From Nitrospinaceae bacterium (GTDB lineage: Bacteria > Nitrospinota > Nitrospinia > Nitrospinales > Nitrospinaceae): a stretch of DNA of 64,000 bases. Below are positions 49,037 to 60,777 of this stretch, in pieces. The stretch covers positions 3,872,001 to 3,936,000 of the forward strand of contig OZ245011.1 in NCBI GenBank assembly GCA_965223665.1, given 5' to 3'. The number at the start of each line of letters is the position of its first letter. Position 1 is the first letter of the stretch. Under the pieces are notes generated by a model. That model was given only the letters and a program-made list of their open reading frames with translations, had not been told where the DNA came from and made no database searches. A program made the position numbers and the translations under genes.

Positions 49037-49696
49037 TTGATGACTCCCCAGATAAAATTTTTCCTCCTGCTTGCTGGTTTTATTTTCATTTATTCCTGCA
49101 CTCAAGAATCGACTTCATTTTTACATGAAGCAGCCAAAATCGGGAATGTGAGTCAGGTAAAGTCTTTAGTTGAGGCTGGTGTAGACGTAAATTTGAAGGA
49201 TGAGTTTCGCCGAACGCCATTACATTGGGCAGTGAATAGAGGCAGAAAGCAGGTTGCTGTTTATTTATTAGATCATGGTGCAAACGTTAATGCTAAAGAT
49301 CGTGATGCGTTTACTCCTTTGCATTTAGCGACACAGCTCGTATTAAAAGATATTGTTCAGATTCTAATCGAAAAGGGTGCTTCTCTAAATGAGAAAGAAA
49401 ATTCCTGGGGAAAAACTCCACTCCACTTTGTTGCCCAACATGGGCCGAGTTCTATAGCCTTTTTATTAATTGAAAAAGGGGCAAACGTAAATGTGAGGGA
49501 TTCATTGGGTTTGACACCCCTTCATTATGCTTCTTTGGCTAATCAAAAGAATATTGTCAGGAGTTTATTGGATTTCGGTGCCGATGTGAATATTCAAGGC
49601 GAAGATCCTTTTACCCGTGACCCCAATACCACTCCCTTAAAGTTGGCCAAGGATCCTGAAATCATAAAAATTTTAAAGAGCCGGATGGCCAAATAA
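49037..49696 (+). CDS. Ankyrin-repeat lipoprotein
   Basis: Hydrophobic leader ending IYSC; about 5 TPLH ankyrin repeats. Confidence 0.88.
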   Translation: MMTPQIKFFLLLAGFIFIYSCTQESTSFLHEAAKIGNVSQVKSLVEAGVDVNLKDEFRRTPLHWAVNRGRKQVAVYLLDHGANVNAKDRDAFTPLHLATQLVLKDIVQILIEKGASLNEKENSWGKTPLHFVAQHGPSSIAFLLIEKGANVNVRDSLGLTPLHYASLANQKNIVRSLLDFGADVNIQGEDPFTRDPNTTPLKLAKDPEIIKILKSRMAK

Positions 49697-49740
49697 TAGA
49701 ACTATTTAAACTCCGCTTGTTCCCAAAGTAGGGATGGTTT

Positions 49741-50952
49741 ATGATGCCTTCCGCAAAAAAAATTAATTCTTTTGAAAATCAAATGTCATTAAATATGCGT
49801 CAACAGATTTTAACCGGTCTCAAACGGGTTGTTATAAAAATAGGAAGTGGAGTGATATCTGATTCAGAATCCGGGAAGCCTCCGTTAGAAAGAGGACTAT
49901 GTTTAAAACGGATTCGAAGTTATGCCAAACGCATAAAAGCGATATGTGACCATAATATTGAGGTGATTATTGTTTCTTCAGGGGCTGTTATGGCCGGTCG
50001 AGAGCGACTGGGGATAAAAAAGGCCCGATTAGATATTCCTGAAAAGCAAGCTTGTGCAGCTATTGGGCAAAGCTATCTGATACGAACTTATGAGCAACAT
50101 TTTGAAAAGCAGGGATTGAAGGTTGCGCAAATTTTATTGGGGCATGATGATTTAGAAAACCGAAAGCGGTTTTTAAACGCAAAGCATACAATTGATGCTC
50201 TTTTAGAGCATGGTGTTATTCCTGTAGTAAACGAAAATGATTCAGTGACTGTAGATGAAATAAAAATTGGTGATAATGATACATTATCCGCGAATGTGGC
50301 ATGTTTAGCGGGCGCACAGTTGTTAATAATACTTTCTGATGTGGATGGGCTCTACACCTCAGATCCCGCATTAGCCCAGAAAAACTCACAATCGCTGCCC
50401 GAATTGATTTCGCATGTTGACAAGATCAATTCAAAAATTGAGCAGTTAGCGGGTCGTAGCAAGAACCCACTTGCAGTAGGGGGAATGTATACAAAGGTCC
50501 TAGCTGCAAAGAAGACAACAAGTTACGGTATTCCTACGGTAATTATTAATGGGCTAGATGCAAAAAATCTGGATCGCATTTTTTCAGGTAAAAATATTGG
50601 AACTTTATTTTGGTCAGGTAAAGCCACGATTAAAAATCGAAAACATTGGATTGCTCACACTCTTAAACCTGCTGGAAAATTGATCGTGGATTCAGGGGCC
50701 AAAAGGGCTTTGATGGAACGAGGAAAAAGTTTGCTTCCTGCGGGTGTGGTCCATGTAGAAGGAAAATTTGATTTTGGCAGTGCGGTTAGTATTTTGGATG
50801 AAAAGAAAAATGAAATTGCTAGGGGTCTGGTAAATTACAATTCACGTGATCTCGAAAAAATTAAAGGATTAAAAACATCTGCAATACGCAATATAGTAGG
50901 GACAAATTTTTATGAAGAAATTATCCACCGTGATGACTTAGTGTTGGTGTGA
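49741..50952 (+). CDS. proB: Glutamate 5-kinase with PUA domain (start may be a downstream ATG)
   Basis: VVIKIGS, VSSGAV, AAIGQ, NEND, GDND.L, GGM.TK, SLLPAG, IHRDDL. Confidence 0.96.
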   Translation: MMPSAKKINSFENQMSLNMRQQILTGLKRVVIKIGSGVISDSESGKPPLERGLCLKRIRSYAKRIKAICDHNIEVIIVSSGAVMAGRERLGIKKARLDIPEKQACAAIGQSYLIRTYEQHFEKQGLKVAQILLGHDDLENRKRFLNAKHTIDALLEHGVIPVVNENDSVTVDEIKIGDNDTLSANVACLAGAQLLIILSDVDGLYTSDPALAQKNSQSLPELISHVDKINSKIEQLAGRSKNPLAVGGMYTKVLAAKKTTSYGIPTVIINGLDAKNLDRIFSGKNIGTLFWSGKATIKNRKHWIAHTLKPAGKLIVDSGAKRALMERGKSLLPAGVVHVEGKFDFGSAVSILDEKKNEIARGLVNYNSRDLEKIKGLKTSAIRNIVGTNFYEEIIHRDDLVLV

Positions 50953-51365
50953 AAATGGCACGTTGGTGGGAAAAAGAAACCATTAAATTTGAATGTCAGG
51001 AAGGATGTTTAAAATGTTGTGTGAAGCCGGGAGTAATATATTTTGACGAGAAAGATATTCAAGCTGTTACGGAGTTTTTAGGTTGCACCAAAAAGAAGTT
51101 TATAAAAGAGTTTTTGAAAAAACAGGGAAATATTTGGGAATTGGAAGTCGAAGATGAAAAACCCTGCCCATTTTTAAATTTTAACGGATGTGCAATTCAC
51201 CCGGCTAAACCGAAGCAATGTCAAACCTACCCGTTTTGGAAAGAAAACCTGGAAACTCGAAACCATTGGAAGTTAACAGCCGCTTTTTGCCCCGGCATTA
51301 ACGAAGGTCCAAGAATTGAAGCAAAAAATATTGCTAAACAACTCAGGGATTTTACTATTGACTAA
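50949..51365 (+). CDS. YkgJ-family cysteine cluster protein
   Basis: FEC..GC..CC, CPFL...GC.IH..KP.QC.TYPFW, CPGI. Confidence 0.88.
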   Translation: MKMARWWEKETIKFECQEGCLKCCVKPGVIYFDEKDIQAVTEFLGCTKKKFIKEFLKKQGNIWELEVEDEKPCPFLNFNGCAIHPAKPKQCQTYPFWKENLETRNHWKLTAAFCPGINEGPRIEAKNIAKQLRDFTID

Positions 51366-51401
51366 CAAATGGTTATCTTACACTCCTCTAATTTAAACCA
51401 G

Positions 51402-51430
51402 TTGACAACTCATTTTTTGCCAAGGATAAT
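51402..51430 (+). promoter_or_regulatory. Sigma-70 promoter for purA
   Basis: TTGACA-N17-GATAAT, about 90 nt upstream of the purA ATG. Confidence 0.65.
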
Positions 51431-51511
51431 ACGCGGTCGGCCCTTGGAAGATTTTCGGCTACCGTTAATTATCGAACTCAATTAAAACCCAAGAAATTAA
51501 CTATTTATTAA

Positions 51512-53097
<1,586 letters not shown>

Positions 53098-53155
53098 TAA
53101 GAAGACCCAATATTGGTTTAATTTAACAGTGTTGCGTAAGCGCATTCAGATATAA

Positions 53156-54871
53156 ATGGAAACTATTCTAATACTCACATTTTCCTGTCTATTTTTTTAC
53201 TTCATTGGTTATAGATATTATGCAGGTCGGATTGATCGTGAAGTAATTCGCCCTGACCGAAGTAATGAAACTCCCGCTGTAACTCAGAATGATGGAGTAG
53301 ATTATGTGCCCAGCCAACCCGTAGTTTTGTTTGGTCATAACTTTGCTTCAATTGCAGGGGCTGGCCCAGTGATTGGACCAATAATTGCTATGCATCATTT
53401 TGGATGGGCCTTAACCATTTTCTGGATTTTGGTGGGGAATGTGTTTATTGGGGCAGTTCATGATTATTTAACTCTTATGGTTTCAGTTCGAAATAATGGG
53501 AGTTCCATAGCCGAAATTGCCCAAAGCACCATGGGAAACAGAGCAAAAATCGTATTTGCCATTTTTTTAGTGTTAGCTATGCTGCTTGTTATAGCCGTTT
53601 TTGGTGTTGTGGCTGCGAAAACATTAATTGCTCAACCCCAAATGGTATTTCCCACGTTTGCAATCATTCCCGTTTCTATGTTGCTGGGTTGGGGTGTCTA
53701 TAGAAAGGGAGTTAGTATTTCCTTATCTTCTATAGTGGCAATAGGAGCGGTATTGTTAAGTATCTATTATGGTTTTTTAAATCCTATTCCTCTACCTGAA
53801 GAAGGTTTGTTGGGGTTGACTCCTTTAATGTTTTGGTTTGTGGTTCTGATGCTCTATGCGGGAATTGCTTCTGTTATGCCGGTTCAGCTTTTGTTGCAGC
53901 CACGAGATTATCTTTCAACCTACATTTTATTCGGAAGTATGGCATTAGGAATGATTGCTCTGATTTGGGTGCACCCTGGATTAAACACTCCCATGTATTT
54001 AGGAGGATATTCAGAACAACAGGGGCCAGTTTGGCCAATGTTGTTCGTTCTTGTGGCTTGTGGCGCGGTTTCCGGATTTCATTCGTTAGTTGCCGGAGGA
54101 ACAGTTTCCAAGCAATTGGCCAACGAGAAACAAGGCCGATTAATAAGTTTTGGGGGAATGCTGACCGAAGGTGTTGTTGCGGTAAGCACCGTTTTGTTGG
54201 TCGGAGGAGGATTATATTGGGTGGCTCCGGCTGTAGGTAATATAGATATAAATGTTCTGGGTTTCAGAGAAACTTTAAAGGCAGGAGGTTGGATTCATGC
54301 CTTTGGAAACGGATATGGAAATGTGGTCAACCAAATGCTTCCGGTTTTGGGATTTACTTTAGCCTCTATGGTAGCTGTATTGGCTTTAAATACATTTGTA
54401 ATGACAACTCTTGATACAGCAGTTCGAATTACCCGATTTATTGTTCAAGAATCCATTGGAGAAAATAATCCCTTAATTGTAAACAAGTATTTAACTACAA
54501 CAGTTATTGTCTTATTAGCGTATTTGATTGGAGCAACGGATGGCTGGCAAAAAATTTGGCCGGTATTTGGAGCAACAAACCAACTAATTGCTGCAGTGGC
54601 ATTATTTGTAATCTCTGCTTATTTAATTGGGATACGTCGGCCTACTTATTTTACCCTGTATCCAGCTATTTTTATGGTAATCACCACAATTGGGGCTTTG
54701 GCTTGGCAATCCTTTAGGTTCTTTACCTCATCTCAGCCAAATTTATTTCTTGGCTTTACATCCTTGGGGCTAATTTGCCTTGCGTTATTTGTAGGGAACG
54801 AGGGTTTACAGGCCCTGCGGCAAAAGAAATTTATTGCTCATCCAGTATCTGTACCTCCTGAATCCGTTTAA
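53156..54871 (+). CDS. cstA: CstA-family transporter (peptide/pyruvate uptake)
   Basis: TPA....DG.DYVP, FGH.FASIAGAGP..GP, LLQPRDYL, ACGA.SGFHS, TTLDTA.R, WP.FGA.NQL. Confidence 0.94.
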   Translation: METILILTFSCLFFYFIGYRYYAGRIDREVIRPDRSNETPAVTQNDGVDYVPSQPVVLFGHNFASIAGAGPVIGPIIAMHHFGWALTIFWILVGNVFIGAVHDYLTLMVSVRNNGSSIAEIAQSTMGNRAKIVFAIFLVLAMLLVIAVFGVVAAKTLIAQPQMVFPTFAIIPVSMLLGWGVYRKGVSISLSSIVAIGAVLLSIYYGFLNPIPLPEEGLLGLTPLMFWFVVLMLYAGIASVMPVQLLLQPRDYLSTYILFGSMALGMIALIWVHPGLNTPMYLGGYSEQQGPVWPMLFVLVACGAVSGFHSLVAGGTVSKQLANEKQGRLISFGGMLTEGVVAVSTVLLVGGGLYWVAPAVGNIDINVLGFRETLKAGGWIHAFGNGYGNVVNQMLPVLGFTLASMVAVLALNTFVMTTLDTAVRITRFIVQESIGENNPLIVNKYLTTTVIVLLAYLIGATDGWQKIWPVFGATNQLIAAVALFVISAYLIGIRRPTYFTLYPAIFMVITTIGALAWQSFRFFTSSQPNLFLGFTSLGLICLALFVGNEGLQALRQKKFIAHPVSVPPESV

Positions 54872-55006
54872 AAAGTCCATCTTTTGTAACTATTTGTCTT
54901 GCAATAACTAAATGAAATCTGGTGATTTTGCAGTTGAAGCTAGATTCTTTTTATGGAATATATTATGATAATTTTTATCGAGTAGATTCTTTAAAGGACG
55001 AGAATT

Positions 55007-55660
55007 GTGAAGATTAGTGAAGTTTTAGCAAAACAAACGGAAAAAAAGATGGGAGGAAAAGCTCCTGAAGACAGGCCTTTAAAGCCTGTGGACAATAAAA
55101 CCATCAAAGTGATTCGAACCAGAGAAACTCCAAATCCAAATGCGTTGCAGTTTGTTTTAAACACACAAATTCTCGAAAAAGGAAAGCGGTCCTATTCTTC
55201 TACTGATGAAGCTAAGGGAGATGACTTAGCAAATGCATTATTTGAAATGGATGGGGTAAAAAACGTTTATATAATGCAAAATTTTGTGACTGTAACCAAA
55301 GAGGAACGCCAAGGTTGGAATCCTTTGAAAAATAAAATCTGGAAAACCATTGATGAGAATGTTTCGATTTATAAAAGTGATAATGAAGAGAGCATTCAAA
55401 TCGATGTAAGTGATTTTCATGGGTTGCCTCATGATAAAAAATTGCAAGCCATAGAAATGATTTTGAATCGTTCTATTCGTTTTCAACTAGCTCAGGATGG
55501 GGGTGGAGTCGATCTAATGGGACTGGAGGGAAATGAAGTTCAGATCCATTATCAAGGAGCTTGTGGAGATTGCCCATCCTCAACCACGGGAACTCTCCAA
55601 CATATTGAAAAACTGATCAAGCAACAGCTTGACAGTGACCTTACCGTAAAATCTGTTTAA
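55007..55660 (+). CDS. Nfu-type Fe-S carrier (Nfu_N + NifU_C)
   Basis: TPNPNALQF, LF...GV..V....NFVTVTK, IR..LA.DGG.V, YQGACGDCPSS. Confidence 0.9.
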   Translation: MKISEVLAKQTEKKMGGKAPEDRPLKPVDNKTIKVIRTRETPNPNALQFVLNTQILEKGKRSYSSTDEAKGDDLANALFEMDGVKNVYIMQNFVTVTKEERQGWNPLKNKIWKTIDENVSIYKSDNEESIQIDVSDFHGLPHDKKLQAIEMILNRSIRFQLAQDGGGVDLMGLEGNEVQIHYQGACGDCPSSTTGTLQHIEKLIKQQLDSDLTVKSV

Positions 55661-55701
55661 ACTACCTTGCTTTGGAATTTTGGTTTTCAACCTATAGAGA
55701 A

Positions 55702-58008
55702 TTAATTTCCCAATGCTTTTAATTGGCGTAATAATCTTACTGGTTTCTCTATTATAGAACGTCCGGGTTTTATTCTTATTTGAGGGTCTTCCCAAGTCCC
55801 AATTATTCTAAAGTAACTTTCAATGAACCCTTCCTCCTTATTTTTTCCCGCTAAAATGGAACCCAATATAGGTATCGCTCTAATAGTTTTATCCAAGCCT
55901 GGAGTGGGTAATGCTTTTCCATGAACTTCAAGTTTTCCCGTAGGTAAGTCTAGATTTCCATTTAAATACATTTTTAACTGAGGAGTTTCCAAGGAAATCT
56001 TTTTTGTTTTTACTAATCCGTCACGAATTAAAAAATTACCTCCAAAATAGTCAAAATTTAATCCCCGTTTCTTTTGTGTTCCAAGACTTGCGGGATTTAA
56101 AACCGTCAGGAGTGCTCGAGTGCCACTTTTTTTCTTAAAACTCCCTTCTCTTAGTTGGGCAAAAATTTGTCCAGAAAGAGTTCTTGTAATGCTACCTTCC
56201 TTAGGAAGATTCCCTGTTAATTGACCCTTGAGATCAAACTTTCCTTGTATATATTTTTTATCAAAATCCTGATAACGTAAATTTTGACTAATAAATTTTA
56301 TTTTAAAATTCTTTGATTTGGCTTGGAAATAACCCTGCCAGGCAATTCTTCCATGCTTGGGGAAAAGAGATGACCTTAAAAATATAAATTTATCTTGTGT
56401 GTATAAAACTTTTCCTTCATATTTTTTAAACCAATTTCCAGCCAAGAGTAATTGTTGACCCCGAATTTCTGCAAAAGGGATGTTGTTTTCATCTAAATTT
56501 AAATTTATGTTGAATTTTTTTATTTTGTTACGGACTTGTTTGTTTTTCCACTCAACTTTCTTTCCTTCAACTTTTCCTACAACTTGAATGGCTTCTGCAG
56601 GAAATAAGGGGCCGCTGATTTTTAAAGATCCGGATAAAAAGCCTTTTGCTTTTCCTTTATTTTTCGGAAAGTTAATTTTTGAAAAGTTTATATTTTTTAT
56701 AATGAGTTTTGAGTCTGCAGAAGGTATAGCTTCATTTTTTGAATTTGTATTAAATAAAACATTTCCCTTTAATGAAACCAGTCCTCCAAGAGTTTCTATA
56801 TCAACATTATGTTGAAGCTTATTATTGTTCCAAATACCCAGTCCATTAAACGATTTGATGGAAAATGACCACTCATTGGATTCAAGCTTGATTCTTTTTG
56901 CCTTTACAGATGCTCGAGCTTGTAAATTTCTGTGTAAATGATCAATATCCTTTAAAGATTCAATGGGCAGACCGGCAGCCAGGCTAAAGGGATAAAATTG
57001 TCCAGTAAAGTGGTATTCATCGAGTTTCCGGTGGATATCAGTAGGCATGAAAAAAAGAATGTGTTTAAATTGATTTGCGGAAAACCCTCCCGATCTTAAT
57101 TTTAAGTTTACGGTTCCTTTTGGGGACATTAGATTTTTAACCGTCATATTTCCTTTTAAGATTAGTTTGTCTAATTGGAACCTAAGTCTTTGGATAGCAG
57201 CATCTAATTGGTTATTTTTTTTCCTCAAAAGTTTTATTGTTAAATGAGTTCGAATAGATTTTTTAGAGTGTACTTTATTCTTATCCATTTTATAGATATG
57301 TATCCAACCATTTTTTACAATAATATTCTTTATTGTTAATTGATAACGTTTCAATATGGAACGAATCGATTCTAAGATAAGTTCTTCAGAATTAATGGTT
57401 TCATTTGGGGAAAGATTTTGGGTTGAGGATGGTTGAGTTTTGTGGCTTTCAAAAATATTCTGATCATTTAACCAGCTTTCTATGAAAGAAATATCATTGG
57501 ATTCAATTGGATTTGATAATGTTTCAGATGTTGAGATTTTTCCAATTTTTGGTTTTGGGATTGAGGAAGGTTTTTTCTCTAAGAAAGCTGAACTAGCCAG
57601 TTTTTTTTGAATAACGGCATTGTTTTTAGCCTCTGGCCAGTTAAGATAAATTTTTACTTCAGGCTCGATTATTTCTGCATTCTTTATTTTAAATTTTCCA
57701 GTCAAGAGGGGGATTATACGAGCACTTACAATTAAACGTTTAGTTGAAATTAGAACCTGTTGCTGATCTTTGGAAAATATTGTGAATCCATCAACTCTTA
57801 AACCAATGCCTTGTGACAAATCGAAATTAATTGAGTCAATTTGAATTGGCAGTCCTGTTGTTTTTGAAAGTGATCTTACCAGGCTTTTTTTGAGTGAGGA
57901 GTAATCTTGAAAGGGTAGGCTTGCCAGGAATCCAAGGGTGCAAAAAAATAAAACTCCTCCTACAAAAATGAGTATGCGACCCCATAACTTCTTAGGTTTA
58001 TTTTTCAT
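55702..58008 (-). CDS. AsmA-like envelope protein
   Basis: N-terminal TM, beta-rich basic body, C-terminal IPILG.IL.G....G.....F.I.G.W.DP. Confidence 0.8.
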   Translation of the reverse strand: MKNKPKKLWGRILIFVGGVLFFCTLGFLASLPFQDYSSLKKSLVRSLSKTTGLPIQIDSINFDLSQGIGLRVDGFTIFSKDQQQVLISTKRLIVSARIIPLLTGKFKIKNAEIIEPEVKIYLNWPEAKNNAVIQKKLASSAFLEKKPSSIPKPKIGKISTSETLSNPIESNDISFIESWLNDQNIFESHKTQPSSTQNLSPNETINSEELILESIRSILKRYQLTIKNIIVKNGWIHIYKMDKNKVHSKKSIRTHLTIKLLRKKNNQLDAAIQRLRFQLDKLILKGNMTVKNLMSPKGTVNLKLRSGGFSANQFKHILFFMPTDIHRKLDEYHFTGQFYPFSLAAGLPIESLKDIDHLHRNLQARASVKAKRIKLESNEWSFSIKSFNGLGIWNNNKLQHNVDIETLGGLVSLKGNVLFNTNSKNEAIPSADSKLIIKNINFSKINFPKNKGKAKGFLSGSLKISGPLFPAEAIQVVGKVEGKKVEWKNKQVRNKIKKFNINLNLDENNIPFAEIRGQQLLLAGNWFKKYEGKVLYTQDKFIFLRSSLFPKHGRIAWQGYFQAKSKNFKIKFISQNLRYQDFDKKYIQGKFDLKGQLTGNLPKEGSITRTLSGQIFAQLREGSFKKKSGTRALLTVLNPASLGTQKKRGLNFDYFGGNFLIRDGLVKTKKISLETPQLKMYLNGNLDLPTGKLEVHGKALPTPGLDKTIRAIPILGSILAGKNKEEGFIESYFRIIGTWEDPQIRIKPGRSIIEKPVRLLRQLKALGN

Positions 58009-58198
58009 CCTGAAGCCCGCTTTTAAAATTACATAGATTTTCTATCTAATTTTATTGTAAAGGGTAAGTTGACTTTAGGAAGGGGTAAGAATGGGGTATT
58101 TGATAAATTAAGGCTTTTATTTTTAAGCTTTTTGTTTTCAAAAAGGTGTGGGGAATAAGCCTTTATTTTTCAATGCTATCGAAATAAATAAAAAAATA

Positions 58199-58230
58199 AA
58201 AGGCAATGCCCTTTAAAAAGGCATTGCCTT
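58199..58230 (-). terminator. Intrinsic terminator downstream of the PuuD-like gene
   Basis: AAGGCAATGCC / GGCATTGCCTT inverted repeat; A-run on the left gives a U-tail on the minus strand. Confidence 0.75.
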
Positions 58231-58270
58231 GGATTTAACTGCAAAAAGTTTTGTTTTTACAAGAATTAAC

Positions 58271-58735
58271 CTAAAATCCGAATCCCCCATGGTTGGCTGC
58301 AACCATACACGCCAACATTGGAAGTGATAACCATGCATTAGTCCTGCTAGCTAAAAATGCAGTTCGTTTTGCTTTTGCCAATGCATCGCCCTCTAATTCT
58401 CCTGCAATGATCTTTTTTTGATTAGGCCAAATTAAAACCCAAACGTTAAATGCCATAACAATTCCCAGAAACATTCCAATCATAATTTCTGGACTAGGAA
58501 TTCCCTGAACCTTGCCTCGGCCGATCACAAAATAAACGATACCTGTAATCACCGTCCAAAGGGCCGCGTGTCTAAATAGAAAGATCGCTTTGGGTAAGAT
58601 GATTTGGGTATAAGGTTTAGCTGCCCCAGCTTCGGTCATTTTGGGCATGGCTTGGACTTGGACCATATTAAAGAAATACAAAAGTCCTATCCAAAGGATT
58701 CCAAAAAGAACATGAAAAAATTCAGCTACCCACAT
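58271..58735 (-). CDS. PuuD / urate-oxidase-N-like 4-TM membrane protein
   Basis: H...GI.WIG.LY.FN, FR.AA..T, M.FNVW..IWPNQK, SRTN..LS.PM; GGAGG SD. Confidence 0.82.
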   Translation of the reverse strand: MWVAEFFHVLFGILWIGLLYFFNMVQVQAMPKMTEAGAAKPYTQIILPKAIFLFRHAALWTVITGIVYFVIGRGKVQGIPSPEIMIGMFLGIVMAFNVWVLIWPNQKKIIAGELEGDALAKAKRTAFLASRTNAWLSLPMLACMVAANHGGFGF

Positions 58736-58923
58736 AGAAAGACGCCTCCTCTGATTCCAATATTAATATTAAAACCTGCTAAATCCGGTTATTATTTTCA
58801 AATTTACACTTTCCTGGACAACTTAATGTAAGATGGAAAAATCTGCACACGGATTCAATTAATTTACACAATAATAGGTTTTTGTCCTTAATTTTTCCCC
58901 AATTAGGGGAGGATTTTTTGGAA

Positions 58924-59265
58924 TTATTTTGATTGCAGATAGACCAGCAAAATCCCAATGGCAGCTAAATTGAAAATTAGTAAAGAGTAAGCCCATGAAA
59001 CGGGAATATACTTTGAAGTATTTGTTGCAGGGAAGTGCGTTTTTTCGGGTTGGGAGAATTTGGAAAAGTTATCAACAGTCTTTTGCAAATCCGAATTTAT
59101 ATTTTCTAATTGTTCTACACGAATTTGAAGTTGCTCAATTTGATTTCGCAATTTTAATTTTTCTACTTTCATAGCTTTGGATTTGGCGATTTCACGTTCC
59201 AAAGCATCTTCTGGACCTAAGGTAAGTCCATCCTCATCTATTGGAGGGGTAAAATCATCGGACAT
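58924..59265 (-). CDS. Hypothetical coiled-coil protein with C-terminal TM anchor
   Basis: Heptad-like central region and hydrophobic C-terminus. Confidence 0.65.
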   Translation of the reverse strand: MSDDFTPPIDEDGLTLGPEDALEREIAKSKAMKVEKLKLRNQIEQLQIRVEQLENINSDLQKTVDNFSKFSQPEKTHFPATNTSKYIPVSWAYSLLIFNLAAIGILLVYLQSK

Positions 59266-59299
59266 ATTTGCGGCCCATTACTGAAAGGATTGAAAAAAA

Positions 59300-60238
59300 T
59301 TAAATTTGTTTATAAAAATCATCGCTCAACGCATTAAGCTGTTGTAGATGCTCCTTGGACAACTTTAAATCTCCTGCTTGAGAAAACTCCTCTACTTGAG
59401 TGGCTTTTCGAGAGCCTACAGCGGCAGTGACAATATTTTCTTGTTCTAAAACCCAGGCAATAGCAACATTGATGGGTTGTGTCCCTATTTCTTCGGCAAT
59501 GGATTTTAAACTTTTATAAACTTGCTTAGCCTTAGAAAATAAGGGTTCTTGATAGAGATGATAGTTTTTTCGTGTTGGATAATCTAGTCCGTTTTCTTCA
59601 AATCGGCCGCCTAGAAGTCCACGTCCCGTCGGAGAGTATGCCATATATTTTACACCTGAAGTTTTACATTTTGCCAGGGAAGTATCTTCATATTCGCGTT
59701 GTAGTAAATTATAAGGAATTTGATTAACAACAAATTCTGATAAATCTTTGTTTAATCGCTCCAGGTCTTGTGTTTTGAAATTAGATAGACCGATTGTTTT
59801 AGTTTTTCCGCTTCCTCTTAATTGAGTCATAATGTCGATAAGTTTCTTCGACTTTTCCGAGGTGTCAAAAAAATCGCCGGGCCAATGAACAAGATAAACA
59901 TCCACATAATCTCTATCCAAGGCAAGGAGAGTATTTTCGAGTCGTTCTTGATAAGCCTTAAGAGTTAGCTCTGCATCAGGCCAAATTTTTGAAATTATAA
60001 GAACTTCATATTTTTTTGACCCTAAAGCCTTGCCTAGTCTTCTTTCAGATTCTCCATCCCCATAACCTTCAGCAGTATCAAAAGCACGAATTCCTCCATT
60101 TAGAGCCGCTTTTATTGCAGATTCTGCCTCCTGCTCTGTGCATACATCTCCCCAACCCCCACTTGGGGCGATTTGCCAGCAACCAAAAGTGATCACGCTC
60201 CAAGGTTTTTCAAGCCCCTTGCAGTAATTGAATTGCAT
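59300..60238 (-). CDS. Aldo/keto reductase
   Basis: FDTAEGYG.G.SE, SK, D.YLVHWP, IGLSNF, Q.PYNLL.R, AYSP...GLL. Confidence 0.93.
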   Translation of the reverse strand: MQFNYCKGLEKPWSVITFGCWQIAPSGGWGDVCTEQEAESAIKAALNGGIRAFDTAEGYGDGESERRLGKALGSKKYEVLIISKIWPDAELTLKAYQERLENTLLALDRDYVDVYLVHWPGDFFDTSEKSKKLIDIMTQLRGSGKTKTIGLSNFKTQDLERLNKDLSEFVVNQIPYNLLQREYEDTSLAKCKTSGVKYMAYSPTGRGLLGGRFEENGLDYPTRKNYHLYQEPLFSKAKQVYKSLKSIAEEIGTQPINVAIAWVLEQENIVTAAVGSRKATQVEEFSQAGDLKLSKEHLQQLNALSDDFYKQI

Positions 60239-60239
60239 T

Positions 60240-60566
60240 TTACCTCATGACTATAGTGACGCGCCGATGAGAAAAATTGGGGCCATCAGTTTTGATTTTA
60301 GTAATCGTCGGAATATTTTTTACTTCCCACTCTTTCAAATGGTTTTTGAATTGCCAAAATCGGAAACCAAGATACAAGACTGTAACTCCAATGAAAAAGA
60401 TGAGTGTCGCAAAGATGTATCCGATTAAAGCAGGAAACAAAAATAATAAGGTTGCAAATGTAATTAAAGCGAATCCAAATCCCCAAATCCCCAGATTTAC
60501 GGATTGAATTCCTTGAAGAATCGGATTGGCGGAATTATTTTTTTGAAACATTAGGAAATCCTCCAA
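60240..60566 (-). CDS. Hypothetical membrane protein (2 TM)
   Basis: Two hydrophobic helices; directly upstream of the AKR gene; ATG after GGAGG likely the real start. Confidence 0.65.
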   Translation of the reverse strand: MEDFLMFQKNNSANPILQGIQSVNLGIWGFGFALITFATLLFLFPALIGYIFATLIFFIGVTVLYLGFRFWQFKNHLKEWEVKNIPTITKIKTDGPNFSHRRVTIVMR

Positions 60567-60777
60567 TTTTTATTCAGTTAAAATTCAGTAACTGAGGAAA
60601 CTTTCTCCTAAAAAGGATATATGATTTTAAAGGAGCAAAGTCAAGCCAGGACGGAAAGAGAATCAGAAGGTTCTGTTAGTAGTTTGGTTTAATGAATTCA
60701 ATGGCTTACCTATTTGCGGCAGGTGTTGTGAGGGTAGTTTTTGTCTTGCTCACTTAAAGCAAGAAAGGCGAATATTG

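Noticed and set aside
47991-49696. Repetitive DNA suggestive of an array
   Set aside because: Degenerate protein-level ankyrin repeats, not CRISPR or tandem DNA repeats
60634-60648. Possible sigma-54 motif on the minus strand (TGGCTTGACTTTGC)
   Set aside because: GG-GC spacing is 9, not 10; the embedded TTGACT fits a sigma-70 -35 better
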